64,000 bases of DNA from Macrostomum lignano (lineage: Eukaryota). Location of the stretch: positions 62,001-126,000 of the forward strand of contig NIVC01002164.1 in the NCBI GenBank assembly GCA_002269645.1. Reading direction: 5' to 3'. The notes beneath the pieces were generated by a model. The model made no database searches and had not been told where the DNA came from. It was given only the letters and a program-made list of their open reading frames with translations. The position numbers were made by a program, and so were the translations under genes. Of this stretch, positions 53,501-63,330 are shown one piece after another; the stretch's first letter is position 1; each line of letters opens with the position of its first letter.

Positions 53501-54005
53501 GCTTTTCAAAATTTGGCGCCGAAACACGAGCACTTTTGCTTCTATCACCGTTTATAAAGGCAGTGACGACATAAACGGAAGGAACTTGCAAGTATGCTGG
53601 AACGCTGGACTTAGTTCTTCTGCTCCTTGAATGGGAGCTTCGACGTTGGCTCCCGTGGGTTAAATCTGCTTCGTTGATTTCCTCACTGTCGATGCTTTTG
53701 TTTCTTGTCCTTTGTTTTGACTCACCTTCGGTTAATCCGTTTCCAGCGACTGAAAGACGAGTCTTCCGTTGAATACCTGTCGGACCTGAAGATCTTGATC
53801 TCGCACTGTTGCACTTACGATCTTTAGGGTCTTGACTACTGTCCGACTGGCGTGGCAGAAGCCCTCGATGCGTTGCTAGGATGTTTGTATGCTTTAGCGG
53901 AAGCTTATACGGCGATGAGTCACATTGTTTGACTATGGTCTGACTTGTAGAAAGTTCCTTAATGTATTGCGTAAGGAGAAGGTCATCGATCGTCCTTGTT
54001 CCCAT
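47550..54005 (-). CDS. DCDC1: Doublecortin-domain and ricin-B lectin repeat protein, DCDC1(DCDC5)-like, 2151 aa, single uninterrupted ORF
   Basis: About seven DCX-like units (e.g. VTAFING...LEQCTKKLRLSSAARKLF...YVSVGE.FKDP, repeated) interleaved with ricin-type QxW motifs (SQIWVVH, AQKWEFG, FQRWQLN). This architecture matches DCDC1. A 6.45-kb stop-free ORF. Confidence 0.85.
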   Translation of the reverse strand: MGTRTIDDLLLTQYIKELSTSQTIVKQCDSSPYKLPLKHTNILATHRGLLPRQSDSSQDPKDRKCNSARSRSSGPTGIQRKTRLSVAGNGLTEGESKQRTRNKSIDSEEINEADLTHGSQRRSSHSRSRRTKSSVPAYLQVPSVYVVTAFINGDRSKSARVSAPNFEKLLEQCTKKLRLSSAARKLFLSSGKEVPRTATIPRGTEIYVSVGEAFKDPAKLLEKRLNLGADVQWTLNGINLPSDREREATRPVSTPRGLSEQATRRRILIFPNGKGINGIEILANVSNLDELKYNCTLKFNFGQHIKRILLNDGVEVENIEADIPEIDPLLNNSHGTPLLGPVWASKGEDISPMGVEEYLRDVIRFVKQKRKLSRDYRSQLKLVYNSDDRESLAKDKKLTDKKILSMTDDEIQSELDKEGDKIRQYNAFLENHELMLEYVEPEAKNEQEEGSKFTMKHIRALPENHSLVSGSPGLRVIVFMNGTDSNPVNAFFNIHEASRGLKKDKNRRQIIFQRFLDSLSANSLLAHKSSKSKGILVRRVFTKTGTEITDAMTIEQEQQIWISHGEDWIDPFTYCLQAEISKVTEWKKGDRRFAIVRSEMPQIDEKTTWRAQLGVPDNIEQHLLPEPEPRNEEEEEPQEEEKLPEESVPDDGCFLTNSKNRQLCLFVEPVVGTQRQPKEAPNAGDGGDKAKHVWPVWPRAGVSQIWVVHKSGQITLKNFKIALTLVDAEIQTDLQGATMRGRLVQFTPLEEDRVPAAQKWEFGRDGLIYSQMEPGFVLTYLGGLLDEPHTRPKNELYESSLNYRNMLAACEPLSSRDDVSGKLREQLDKYQRFGLRLSKFENFSTWRKAGEGNEKSEKHKDPKWSKLALLWPTDKNGDLIEDLDWPLECHMLAFAPPLKEFKPETESPKRFFCLKNGERKEQFGVFVTAPDMTNMKKQKKQGKKKGSRKHQAASSQEETDSFVVDDYIHVPHCSEMTVQQVEFKIFLECCTNLLGLSSAARRLFDENGIEHESLEKLEKDQKLYVSVGEPWSDPKYSKQQLEARSMLVKLAEDVDKIRSFVALKQTAALVITAESLTAGSKLGVSRDLLTKRERRAKQLQESESPPDANFDSSNEDEDEEEDEGLTAHQRACRRSDAEKVRRDGLKWPWERIVNNDLDQSADDSAERQAPDPAPAKKHRQNKSLSLKQFVLEDGFISARENSNLVLTAAASPDARVLEVSLEKRAPDNLFQRWQLNNNGSIALKYRPGNVLTVKLPTVTRFSSETVDIESSMLTVQPLKAYQFGRAHQLFSVDSQRSTICCFATSALDVAVTSANQSGCCTYYVSTVKGESLDQPGYIAYLETRQQESRVKKCSVCVSCAKSLRGKYKLQKIAPGARTDFACAFGRANELGLKERGSFAVLNDKIDLAEGEDKATLKRWEDEIQVQRNKLSVKAISNRLSEAQTPRPIRVLAYRNGEGRLCKPVPVYGTSLQGIMDQCASKLRISWAVRKLYLEDGTPVLDLDDLRSWCATHAEQVRRRQKEIEEGRLQPEMDEIRDEVEKSGTPKVDPTPENSPRSPEKSVISRRDSLEPRLKQKYFVIGSNFTTPTAYTMSISLYSINFLDEILPQERLDSGDTEMIVRYSIFGQTICTDPFINEEAFEGEKREIQLKSELPILRRFFKEKFSLMKFDLVRMPEETVLATSYVPLDTLVREEHEEFVNSTKIAADYAWYKKSAAKPKGQRTHASLHVEISITVSIDIEVDNDDESGDAGELREAQAMPSEAAAPADSNTAEEAGADPAADAAESLQAESAVLKDEQPAPDPHEVVVELWASTGEAFVPLHQAHREFRKMAQQRKDLRQVLNSKDADKHILKMMQGRRLQAQEPGTFRSTTDPQNPVVVEGGWQTPKGEEVMVEREISELEGKEAKIREKHAAKQSQPRRPAFDFDRQLYRQSSMLRLRVFVNGEDPKTATTVWAETIHQVLDTATTRLGLRKPAKILFCLDGKDVHDIGQLSRDQLLCVSSGEPFQPPGSALETVEIKANWGRAKRQYGPGATNFHVQARSHPLVGVDPFGPPLHGANAKPSPPLVPIYDSRRVRVFENGRAVGEPESVFGDSLEALLAAATKRLKLRNPAVCFYNEEGHRVLSFNEISRDDLLYASTTNKGFIRPERR

Positions 54006-55589
54006 TAGGACATGCTAGTTGTCATAACTTCAAGCAAATATCTTCTCACAGATTGTTTTGGTGAGAAAAATAAGTTAATGATGCTGATTGTTTGAACTTT
54101 GAAGATAGTAGGAACATCGTAGCAACAGTCCTTTACACAAAAAAGATATGCATATTATTTATATATTTTTTATTTACCCTTTTCTTGATTTATATCACTA
54201 AAAAACGTATTTTTCTTATGTCTTTAACGAAAACTTGTTCTTCTGAGTAAAAAACAAAAGTTCAAACCGTTCGGCGATTCTGTGAAAGTAGGTTCTGTGA
54301 AACTTCGTTATGATCGTTTCGAGACTACACTACGCCTACGGTATAGTGAGCTTAACAGTTATAACTGATTATTTGACACGGCACTCTCTAGCAAAGCTAT
54401 ACTGGTTTCTTTAGAGTTAAGACGAATTTTTTCGGCTTCAAGGATGCTGATAGCATGTAGCTCAGTAGATTGAATATAAAAAATATTTGTTAGTAGGCCC
54501 TATGCAAATTATAAAAACATTCATAGTATTTTCTATGATGAAGTTTGATGCATAGAATTTTTATCATATGTTTTATATTAAAATAACTGACATCTAGCCC
54601 TTCCTTTATTCTTAGTCTTTTTAATCTTAGCATTGTTTTTACAATTGCTTGATTAATTATATATTTCTGAGTCTTAGCAGCCTTTTACCTCCTTAATAGT
54701 TATTTTACTTTTTTCCTAGATAAATTATAGAATAATTTGTGAATATAGAAATGAGCTTGAAGTTTTAATGAATAATTTTAATGAATAATGTCATATGATT
54801 AATGAAATTTAATGAATTAGATCAAATTGTAGTAATTCAAGTTTTAAAAATCTATTTTACATTTTATAAACTAATCTTATTGGTAATTATTGAAGTATAA
54901 ATATAAATAATTAATAATTAAGATATTAGTTTAATAGGCCCTATATTATTTAGCTATTTATAATATTTTCTAAATACTAAAAATGGTCTATTGGTATCTA
55001 TCTAGGTATTCAATCAGTTTTAGAAAAATGGCTCAACCAATTTTCTTCAAACTTGCATTGTTTGATTAGAAATTTTTTCGTGATGGTACATGCAACGTGG
55101 CTAAGAAATTGCTCAATGCTAAAGGGATTAAATATTTAAAAACATGCTTTTTTTGCAAAGGTCAAGCAGCTCTTTTGACTTGAAATGCATTGTAAGAATG
55201 CTAGAAAAAAAACTGACTGGTTGAATTATGATTCCAAAATAGATTGCAATATAATAGCCTTTTTATTTATCGTCTGTATACTGGCTGAATTTTGACAGTG
55301 AATTGAATTGTGTTACAGCATTGAGTGTGGAAGCATAGCACAGTACTTGATTTATATTACATAACCATTTTGTTAACTTTAATGTCATAACTGCTTAATG
55401 TGACTTTTACTCTATTTGACTTGGTATGAATGTTGAATTATATAAGTGCTACAAATTCACTGATAATAACTTCAATGAGAGCTAGCCTAGAGCTGAACAG
55501 ACTGGACTGCTAATGCAGCAACCTGGGTTCAAATCTTAGTTGTGTATATAAAGTGTATAAAAGTAGTGAAATTTTCTTTTTATGAGCTT

Positions 55590-56240
55590 AATAAACCAAG
55601 GATTACTGCACTTGATTGACCAAGGATTACTGCACTTGATAAACCAAGGATTATGTTGGGCCTGGTGCGTGAGGTTGGGGTATGCTTTTACTCTATGTAT
55701 TGTTTGTGTTTTTAACTCTGTGCGTGTACTCATGGTCCATGGCTCACTCTTTGCACGTCTCTGCTCTATCGTGATTTTAATGTACATTGTTGGTGTTTTA
55801 GCCCTGGGATGGGATGGGGGTGGCTACTATTGAACCTCGCTTATAATAAATTGTATCGTTGGTTGTTGGTGCTCTTGGCACTTTTGTCTTGTCTTGCATA
55901 CTCTCAGCTCATGACTTGTTCATTTCAACAGATTATGTACTTGATAAACTAAGAGTTACTGCACTTGATAAACACATACGCAACCTTGGGAATCACTCGG
56001 CCATTTCTATTGGCAACACACACATGTAAGTCGCTATTGGCGAAGAGCAGTCACGTGACTACTATTCCATCCAAGAGCAGTCACGTGACTACTATTCCGT
56101 CCAATAGCAACTTACATGTGTGTGTTGTCAATAGAAATGGCCGGGTGAATCCCTAGGTTGCGCCCAAGCATGTTGATAAACCAAGGATTACTTTGCTTGA
56201 TAAGCCAAGGATTACTGCACTTGATTGACCAAGGATTGCA
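55590..56240. repeat. Dispersed direct repeats AAACCAAGGATTACTGCACTTGAT flanking the palindromic MITE
   Basis: The motif recurs at ~55590-55650, ~55940-55970 and ~56175-56235. Confidence 0.75.
55979..56162. mobile_element. Palindromic MITE-like element, copy 1 (central 30-bp tandem duplication)
   Basis: About 60-bp inverted arms CGCAACCTTGGGA...GCTATTGG / CCAATAGC...CCTAGGTTGCG; GTCACGTGAC at 56050 and 56080. No clean TSD. Confidence 0.75.
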
Positions 56241-56329
56241 CTACCTAAGAAAGTGCTTATTGAATTATTAATTGAAATATTTGCACTAGCTACTTGCTGT
56301 CTAGTGAATGCTTGCTATCTAAAGGATAC

Positions 56330-56620
56330 TTGCTATTGTATTTAGGGGGTGTGCTTACTATCGGGGGATGCTTGCTCTCAAGGGGGTGTACTTGCTATTT
56401 GGGAGAGAGAGAGGTACTAGCTATGTGCATCTATATGTAAAGGATTCTTTCTATCCAGGGATGCTTGCTATTTAGGGGTGCTTGATATTTGCAGGATGCT
56501 TGCTATCTATGTGGGGGGGGGTGCTTGCTATCTGGGGGATGCTTGGTATTTAGGGGGATGCTTGCTATCTGGGGGGATGCTTGCTTTCTTGGTTATGTTT
56601 TCTATTTAGAGGGAATGTCT
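56330..56620. repeat. Degenerate TGCTTGCTAT(C/T)...GGGG repeat
   Basis: Reiterated TGCTTGCTAT motif followed by G-runs. Confidence 0.7.
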
Positions 56621-57227
56621 GTTATCTTTGTGAAAGCTTTATTTTGTCGTCTTTGTTAATTTTAGAAAAAAAGAGATTCATAGCAAACCATAGCCCATGA
56701 AAATTTTACTTGAATGTGGTGATTTTTAAAACTTAAGAAGGAACTGGTTCTTAAGAAAATGCGCTTTTTAATTTTTCCATTTTTTCCTTGCTTACTAGGT
56801 GCCCTGAAGGGGGGCACTAGATTGCTAGTATTTTCTAAATTTTTTTTATTAACTTGTCATTTTTAATGATGATATAAAAACATTTTTAGTATTTTGAGCC
56901 AGGTATTGAAAGATTTTTATACTTTTAAAATTAAGTTTTAAACAAATTTTATACATCTATAATATTAGCAATTAAATATCTAAAACATTTTTAGGGCAAT
57001 ATACAGTTTTTAACTATTTGAAAACTTTCTAGGTTCTTAACAAGTTGTAATCAGATTATTGCAAATATATGGCTTCTATTCAGCTAATATATTTTGTATA
57101 GTGCTTCATTTCTTACAGAAAATCTGAACCTCTATTTGTTTTATAGAATATTCTTATAGAAGATCTTTAACTGAATAGCTGAACACCAAATTTTAGTCAG
57201 ATAAGCTACTCTTCTTGTCATGCTTTG

Positions 57228-57381
57228 GCGCAACCTTGGGATTCGCTCGGCCGTTTCTATTGGCAACACACATGTAAGTCGCTATTGGACGGAATAGTAG
57301 TCACGTGACTGCTCTCAGCCAATAGCGACTTACATGTATCTGTTGCCAATAGAAGCGGCTGGGTGATTCCTAAGGTTGCGC
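57228..57381. mobile_element. Palindromic MITE-like element, copy 2 (opposite orientation), about 70 bp upstream of the ARL6IP1 ATG
   Basis: Same arms as copy 1, with the asymmetric centre and flanks inverted. Confidence 0.75.
57300..57309. promoter_or_regulatory. Perfect CLEAR-type E-box GTCACGTGAC, flanked by CCAAT/ATTGG boxes
   Basis: Exact 10-bp palindrome ~143 bp before the ARL6IP1 ATG; function untested. Confidence 0.4.
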
Positions 57382-57451
57382 ATGTATGCGTTCGTGTTCT
57401 GTATAAAATACTTCTAGTAGTATATCAACGTTTTAATGCTTGCTGCACCAG

Positions 57452-58554
57452 ATGCAGTCATCCAACAGTGAGCAGACTCAGCTGCAGGTTCGCGAGTCCC
57501 GCGCTAGCCAGTTCGCAGTCGCGCTGCAGCCCTGGCGCCACGTGCTGGTCCGCGCCGATGCCGTGCTGCACTGGGAGCGGCCTCTGGCATTCGGCTGCCT
57601 GCTGGCCGGCCTCACCCTCGCCTTCGCCCTGATGGCGGTGGCCCGGCCCGCCCCGCTGGCCTGCCTGACCCTCCTGTGCCTGCTGGCCGTGACCGCCGAT
57701 TTCGCCGTGCCGAAACTCCTGGCCCCATTGCTGCTGGGAGAGTCCTGGACCGAGGCTGACCAGGTGAGCTGGGCGTCTGGGGCTGCGCCCGCTCAGATCA
57801 TGCCCGATTTGAAATCGTGTACAATTTGAAATCATGTACAATTTAAAATCATGTACAATTTAAAATCATGTACAATTTGAAATCATGTACAATTTAAAAT
57901 CATGCCCAATTTGAAATCATGTACCATTTGAAATCATGTACCATTTGAAATCATGTACAATTTGAAATCATGTACAATTTGAAATCATGTACAATTTGAA
58001 ATCATGTACCATTTGAAATCATGTACAATTTGAAATCATGTACAATTTAAAATCATGCCCAATTGGAAATCATGTACCATTTGAAATCATGTACAATTTG
58101 AAATCATGTAAAACTTGAAATCATATACAACTTAAAATCATATACAATCTGAAATCATACCTTGCTTAAAATCCACCCCAGCTTTAGAGTAATGTTTCTC
58201 TTGCCCGCTGAGTCCTTGCAGCATCCGCAGTCTGCATCACTGAGAACCCGTGCCGCCCCCTCACTCCCGCAGGCCTGCTACACCGCCGTCTGTCGCCGCC
58301 TGTCGGCCCGGGGCGACTCCCTCGCCGCCGCCATTCGCCGAATTTTCGCCATTCGGCGGTATCGTCCGCGCGCTTTTGCACTTGGCGCCGGCGCCGCCCT
58401 GCTAGCCGTGGCGCTGATCGGCGCCAGCGTCAGCGGCCTCCTGCTGGGCTACGTGGCGGCGCTCGGCGCCCTTCTGTGGCCCGGCGTCTCGCGCTACGGC
58501 CTGCTGCGCCGGGCGCTGAGCGACCTGCGCCACAGCGCCGGCGGCGGAAAATAA
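57452..58554 (+). CDS. ARL6IP1: ARL6IP1 (ER-shaping, reticulon-homology protein), 197 aa
   Basis: Exons 57452-57763 and 58273-58554, phase 0. LQPWRHVLVRADAVLHWERP...ADFAVPKL...WTEADQ aligns by eye with human LQGWGEVMLMADKVLRWER...ADYLVPIL...WTTEQQ; the second hairpin ends LLWPGVSRYG (human LLLPGLNQHG). Confidence 0.9.
57808..58160. repeat. 17-bp repeat (TTTGAAATCATGTACAA)n in the ARL6IP1 intron
   Basis: Directly visible. Confidence 0.95.
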
Positions 58555-59894
58555 GTGCTACCGCTGTTTAGATGGCGAGGCAATCTGGCTAGTAACTAAA
58601 TGCAAATTTACTCCCGCTGTTTACCTTAGCAACAGAATTTAATTACCGAATACTTTAATATTATAGCTTCAACTTTCCTACCTGCACGATAGCAAATTAA
58701 TTAATCAGCTTTTGTAAAATAATGCAAAAATACTTGCCCGCTCTTATCAATTTCATAATCTTCTACTAAAATTCTGCATATTCAGTTTTTTGGTTCTGTT
58801 ATTTACTGATATCATATATAAAATGTATGCTTTGCTACTTTGAGTATTATAGAAACTTTTCGTGCGCCTAATTTTATTTTTTACTGCGCTGCTTTTTTTA
58901 GCCTAGCTAGCTAGATGCGCATGCCTTTGCCTCATTTTTAATATGCCCTTTATGTGTTTTATATTCCTTTCACTTCTTATTGCGATAAGAAATACACAGA
59001 TAAAGTTGTTGGCTATATATCGGCGCTTCAAATATTCGAACTTATACTACAGATGTCAAAATGCAGAGATGCGCACAGATTTTAATACCATTATTTGGGA
59101 ATTGTGCAAGGCGACAGTCGAGGTCTGACTTGCCTGACCTCTGAGCTCGCATCAGCATATGCTCATGCAGGGTGTACATTGTACAGCGGCGCTGACATAG
59201 GCATCGTCAGCATACATGCGCAATGCCCGGCCGGCTTGCGAGGAGCCCAGCCAAGCCAATGTAAGTCGCAAAAATGCCCACCAAAATATAGACGGAGTAC
59301 TAATTAGATGACGAAGCATTTTGGCTCAAATGTACAGTTGAAGTTACTCCCGCCGTTTACCCAAAATTTTGTATATATTTTTGTCGTAGATAAGTCGCAT
59401 GGCCAGTGTAAATCAGGGGGTTGCGCGTGTATGATCTTCAGGGATATACACTCCCTGTGCATGGCTTGGGGCTTGGGTTTGAAGGCTGTGAATCAGGAAC
59501 TTAGTTACTTAGGGATTTTAGCCGGAGGGTCTGTTCCTCAGCCCCCCTGTAATCCTAAAGGGTAACTTTCATGGAACGGTGCCATGTCGTTTGACTCGAT
59601 TTGAATCACAGCAATAAAAACTCTGTGTATTTTTCTTATTCTAGTGAAATCGACTAGTAAAATCCATTTGACAAAATCACGTTATTTTACGAGCGTACAT
59701 GTACGGTATATAAATGTAAACATCTGAACACAAAACACGTGCTCACTGAAATGGTCCAGCAGATTCACTCTGTAGCGCTTTCGAGGGATTTGTTGTATGA
59801 CATGGACTTGCGTTAAGCATGCTTAATTCGCTTGTCAACTGATCATCAATTTGACAGAATTTGCATGAATTTGAAATTTAATGTGAATTTTTTT

Positions 59895-60345
59895 AACAAA
59901 TTCCCTTCTGCAGGATTGTGGGGCATCCGGTTCCTCATTTCTTAGAATATCCAAGCTAATTCTCTTCTGCAGGACTGTGGGGCATCCGGTTCCTCATTTC
60001 TTAGAATATCCAAGCTAATTCTCTTTGCAGGACTGCGGCACCACATCAGGTTCCTCATTTCTTAGGATATCCAATCTGATTCCCTTCTGCAGGATTGTGG
60101 GGCATCCGGTTCCTCATTTCTTAGAATATCCAAGCTAATTCTCTTTGCAGGACTGCGGCACCACATCAGGTTCCTCATTTCTTAGGATATCCAATCTGAT
60201 TCCCTTCTGCAGGACTGTGGGGCACCCGGTTCCTCATTTCTTAGGACATCCAATCTGATTCCCTTCTGCAGGACTGTGGGGCACCAGGTTCCTCATTTCT
60301 TAGGACATCCAATCTGATTCCCTTCTGCAGGACTGTGGGACCACT
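59895..60345. repeat. About 60-bp tandem repeat with a 120-bp higher-order period
   Basis: The lines starting at 60001 and 60121 are identical; two unit variants alternate. Confidence 0.92.
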
Positions 60346-60426
60346 TCCGGTTCGAGAATGATTGAATCGTCTCTTCTATTGTCAGTTCCGGTTTTGATGC
60401 GATATCTCTGCTTTTATTTACAATCG

Positions 60427-61990
60427 TCACGTCCGGAACCTCAGATGGCCGCCGGCCACAGCCCTGGCCAGGTCGTCCGTGAAAAACGGCAGCCGGCGCA
60501 GCTCGGCCACCGTCCGGTTTTTCACACCACCCTGGCAGGTGCCGAACAGGAAGTGCCGGCTCTGGCACACCGGCCGGCTGACCAGCTGGAAGCAGGGCAT
60601 TCGAAGTGTCTCGAAGAACATTTTGACGGCAAACTGGGCGGTGGCGGACATCTGGGCGGCCTGCTTCAGGCAGAAGTAGAACCTGCGGGGGCCACGGCCG
60701 CGGGTTCTAGAGAAGGTTCAGAATCTTGCATGCCCTGCTAGAGGCGGCGGCAACGAGACCGAGAGAGGGGGGAGAAAGAATGAATTAATTGGGAGAGGGA
60801 GAAATGTTGGGAGAAGCACAGGTGGAGAGAGGACGAAGGGAGAAACAAGCGAGATGGGAGAATGGAGAAACTGAGGGGAGGGGGAGAGGGGAGAAACAGA
60901 GAGGGGGAAGGAGAAACAGGGAGGGGGGAGGAGAAACAGAGGGGGGAAGGAGAAACAGAGAGGGGGGAGGAGAAACAGAGGGGGGAGAAGAAACAGAGAG
61001 GGGGAAGGAGAAACAGAGAGGGGAAGAGAAACAGAGAGGGGGAAGGAGAAACAGAGAGGGGGAAGGAGAAACAGAGGGGGGGAAGGAGAAACAGAGAGGG
61101 GAAGGAGAAACAGAGAGGGGGAAGGAGAAACAGAGAGGGGGAAGGAGAAACAGAGGGGGAAGGAGAAACAGAGAGGGGGAAGGAGAAACAGAGAGGGGAA
61201 GGAGAAACAGAGAGGGGGAAGGAGAAACAGAGAGGGGGAAGGAGAAACAGAGAGGGGAAGGAGAAACAGAGAGGGGAAGGAGAAACAGAGAGGGGAAGGA
61301 GAAACAGAGAGGGGGAAGGAGAAACAGAGAGGGGGAAGGAGAAACAGAGAGGGGAAGGAGAAACAGAGAGGGGGAAGGAGAAACAGAGAGGGGGAAGGAG
61401 AAACAGAGAGGGGGACGGAAGAAACAGAGGGAGAGGGAGAGGGGACAAGGTAGAGATCAGGTAGAATCGTGCTGTTTCGCAACAACAGCTGAGAAGGCTG
61501 AACTCACTTAACGTCGCACTCGCACTCAGACAGTGTAGTCAAAAAAGGATTTTTCAATCCATAGCGAGTCTGCAGCGCGGTGATGGAGTGCGGGCAGGTG
61601 TCGTGGTCTCGGCAACATTTGTCTGTTTCGTACTCGCTGCCCAAGTTCTCATAGCTGGTTGCCACGTTGCCTGCCGAGCAGTTTTATTGCGGGAATTTAA
61701 AACAGCTACTAGGATTCATGTTTCACGAGATCCTTGCTCAGAAACGGGCTTGCCTCGCCACTGACGAGCAACAAAATGCATGGAAATAATATGACTACCT
61801 TTGCCGCACCATTTGGTGCGGGGATGATGAAGACGCTGGCCGTTTCGTTGCTCTTTGGGTCCGCGTATTTCTTCTCCTGCAGCTTGGAATTGCTTCTACT
61901 AGGAGAAGCTGGGATTGCTGGAGAGAACTGGCAAGAATTAAGCAATACTAGAAGTACCATAGCCGCTATCTGCTCCATCTCGAAAGACAT
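60427..61990 (-). CDS. Group III (bee-venom-type) secreted phospholipase A2; one apparent -1 nt frameshift at ~61819
   Basis: Exons 61990-61799, 61670-61508 and 60682-60427. With one G restored it reads: signal peptide...FIIPGTKWCGK|GNVAT...TDKCCRDHDTCP...ECECDVK|FYFCLKQ...MFFETLRMPCFQL. The Ca-loop WCGxG and catalytic His-Asp are intact. Confidence 0.85.
60790..61445. repeat. Purine-rich 20-22-bp repeat (GGAAGGAGAAACAGAGAGGG)n in PLA2 intron 2
   Basis: Directly visible; source of the spurious ORFs at 60718-61511. Confidence 0.95.
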
Positions 61991-63330
61991 TCAGATTGTT
62001 TTTCGAAAATACAAGTATACAGTAGACGCGAGTCCTTGTCTCAAAGTCCCTTCAGAGTTTCGAGACGAGTGTTGAGCGCAGAGTTAGCGATTACTCGTAT
62101 TTTATATTTCTATGCCTTGCCTTGTACGAGTTTTTTAGCTGCATAGTCTTGCCCCAACTGCAGCTGCCGACTGAGGTTTGGAGCTATAGTAAGTGAGAAA
62201 TATAATTTATTCCTGTGCAAGTCTCCAACCCCAATTCTGAATAGATATTCTTTTTTCAAAAAAGAGCTGCCATACACAGCAGCGGAACGCAGGACTTTTG
62301 AGAACTCTTTTTTATTATACCTTGGCGTGTGAAGCGAGAAGGCAATTCTGAGAACACTCCTTCAATAGGAGTGTCGGATAGCCATGCAAGCTCAAAGGGC
62401 AGGGAGAGGTGTGCCGTCTGTGTGCGAGAGCACCGAACAAGACCTCTCAAGTTCGATCGAGGTGGCGCGACTGCAACTGCGCGCTGGAGGATAGGTTTGT
62501 CAAATGTAATAAATTATGCAAGACTGCGGGCTCACAGTCGCGACTGTGAGTACGCCTGGTGCTTTGTACTCTTAGGCGGTTATGTACGAGTATTTGCAGT
62601 TTCGGATCATACGGTCCCAACGAGCGAAAATTACGAGAATTTGATTTCACCGGAAGACCAACTGTATTCAAATTTTCAAGTCATAATTCATATTTAATTT
62701 AAAAAAACTACTCGCATACACTAATCTGTCTACTAGCAGCAAGTAGCCATGCTGACATCTTGCTTACATTTGACTTTTTTAAGAATAAGACTGTTTTAAA
62801 GTATGATAAGTAAATCAGTCAGTCAACGAGCTTAAATTAATGAAGTACAGTTTAGTAAAGGTAGAGCTGGGCAGTGATTGAAACAATGTTGATGTCAGCA
62901 AACGCTATATTTTATAAATAAGAAAAAACGAGTCAATAAAAGGTGGAGAAGCGCAGTGAACTATGTTGAACAGAAATCCGCTCAGTAAATAAAAATCAAT
63001 TCAATATTTCCTAGCACGGAGTAGCTATGCATATCGGGTACTTATTGCTGGAGCAGTTGGTATCAGCCTACATTTTTGGTCATTCCAAATATATAAAAAC
63101 TTAACACGGTATAAACAAATAGAAAACACATACTTAACGATTTGAGTCCAGGTTAATAACAGAAGCGGTTAAAATGAAGATTGACGCTAAATAAGACGCA
63201 TAGGAGATCAGCAGGGCAGTAAGCAATACGTGTTGCCTGTTACCTCGTAAATGGCTTTAGATTGTAAAATATCATCATAAATGGTAAAAACCGCTCATTA
63301 AATACTCGCAGATGATGCCATTTCCTGTCA

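Noticed and set aside
47490-53574. Numerous plus-strand and alternate-frame ORFs over the DCDC1-like gene
   Set aside because: Shadows of a long GC-rich CDS.
54105-54130. RFX X-box upstream of the putatively ciliary DCDC1-like gene
   Set aside because: Only a TAGCAAC half-site matches.
57440-58554. FAM134/RETREG identity for the reticulon-like gene
   Set aside because: Short length, no C-terminal LIR tail, and closer residue-level match to ARL6IP1.
62329-62697. Cys-containing 122-aa plus-strand ORF
   Set aside because: Non-ATG start, no recognisable pattern; alternative Cys-rich frame has a stop immediately upstream.
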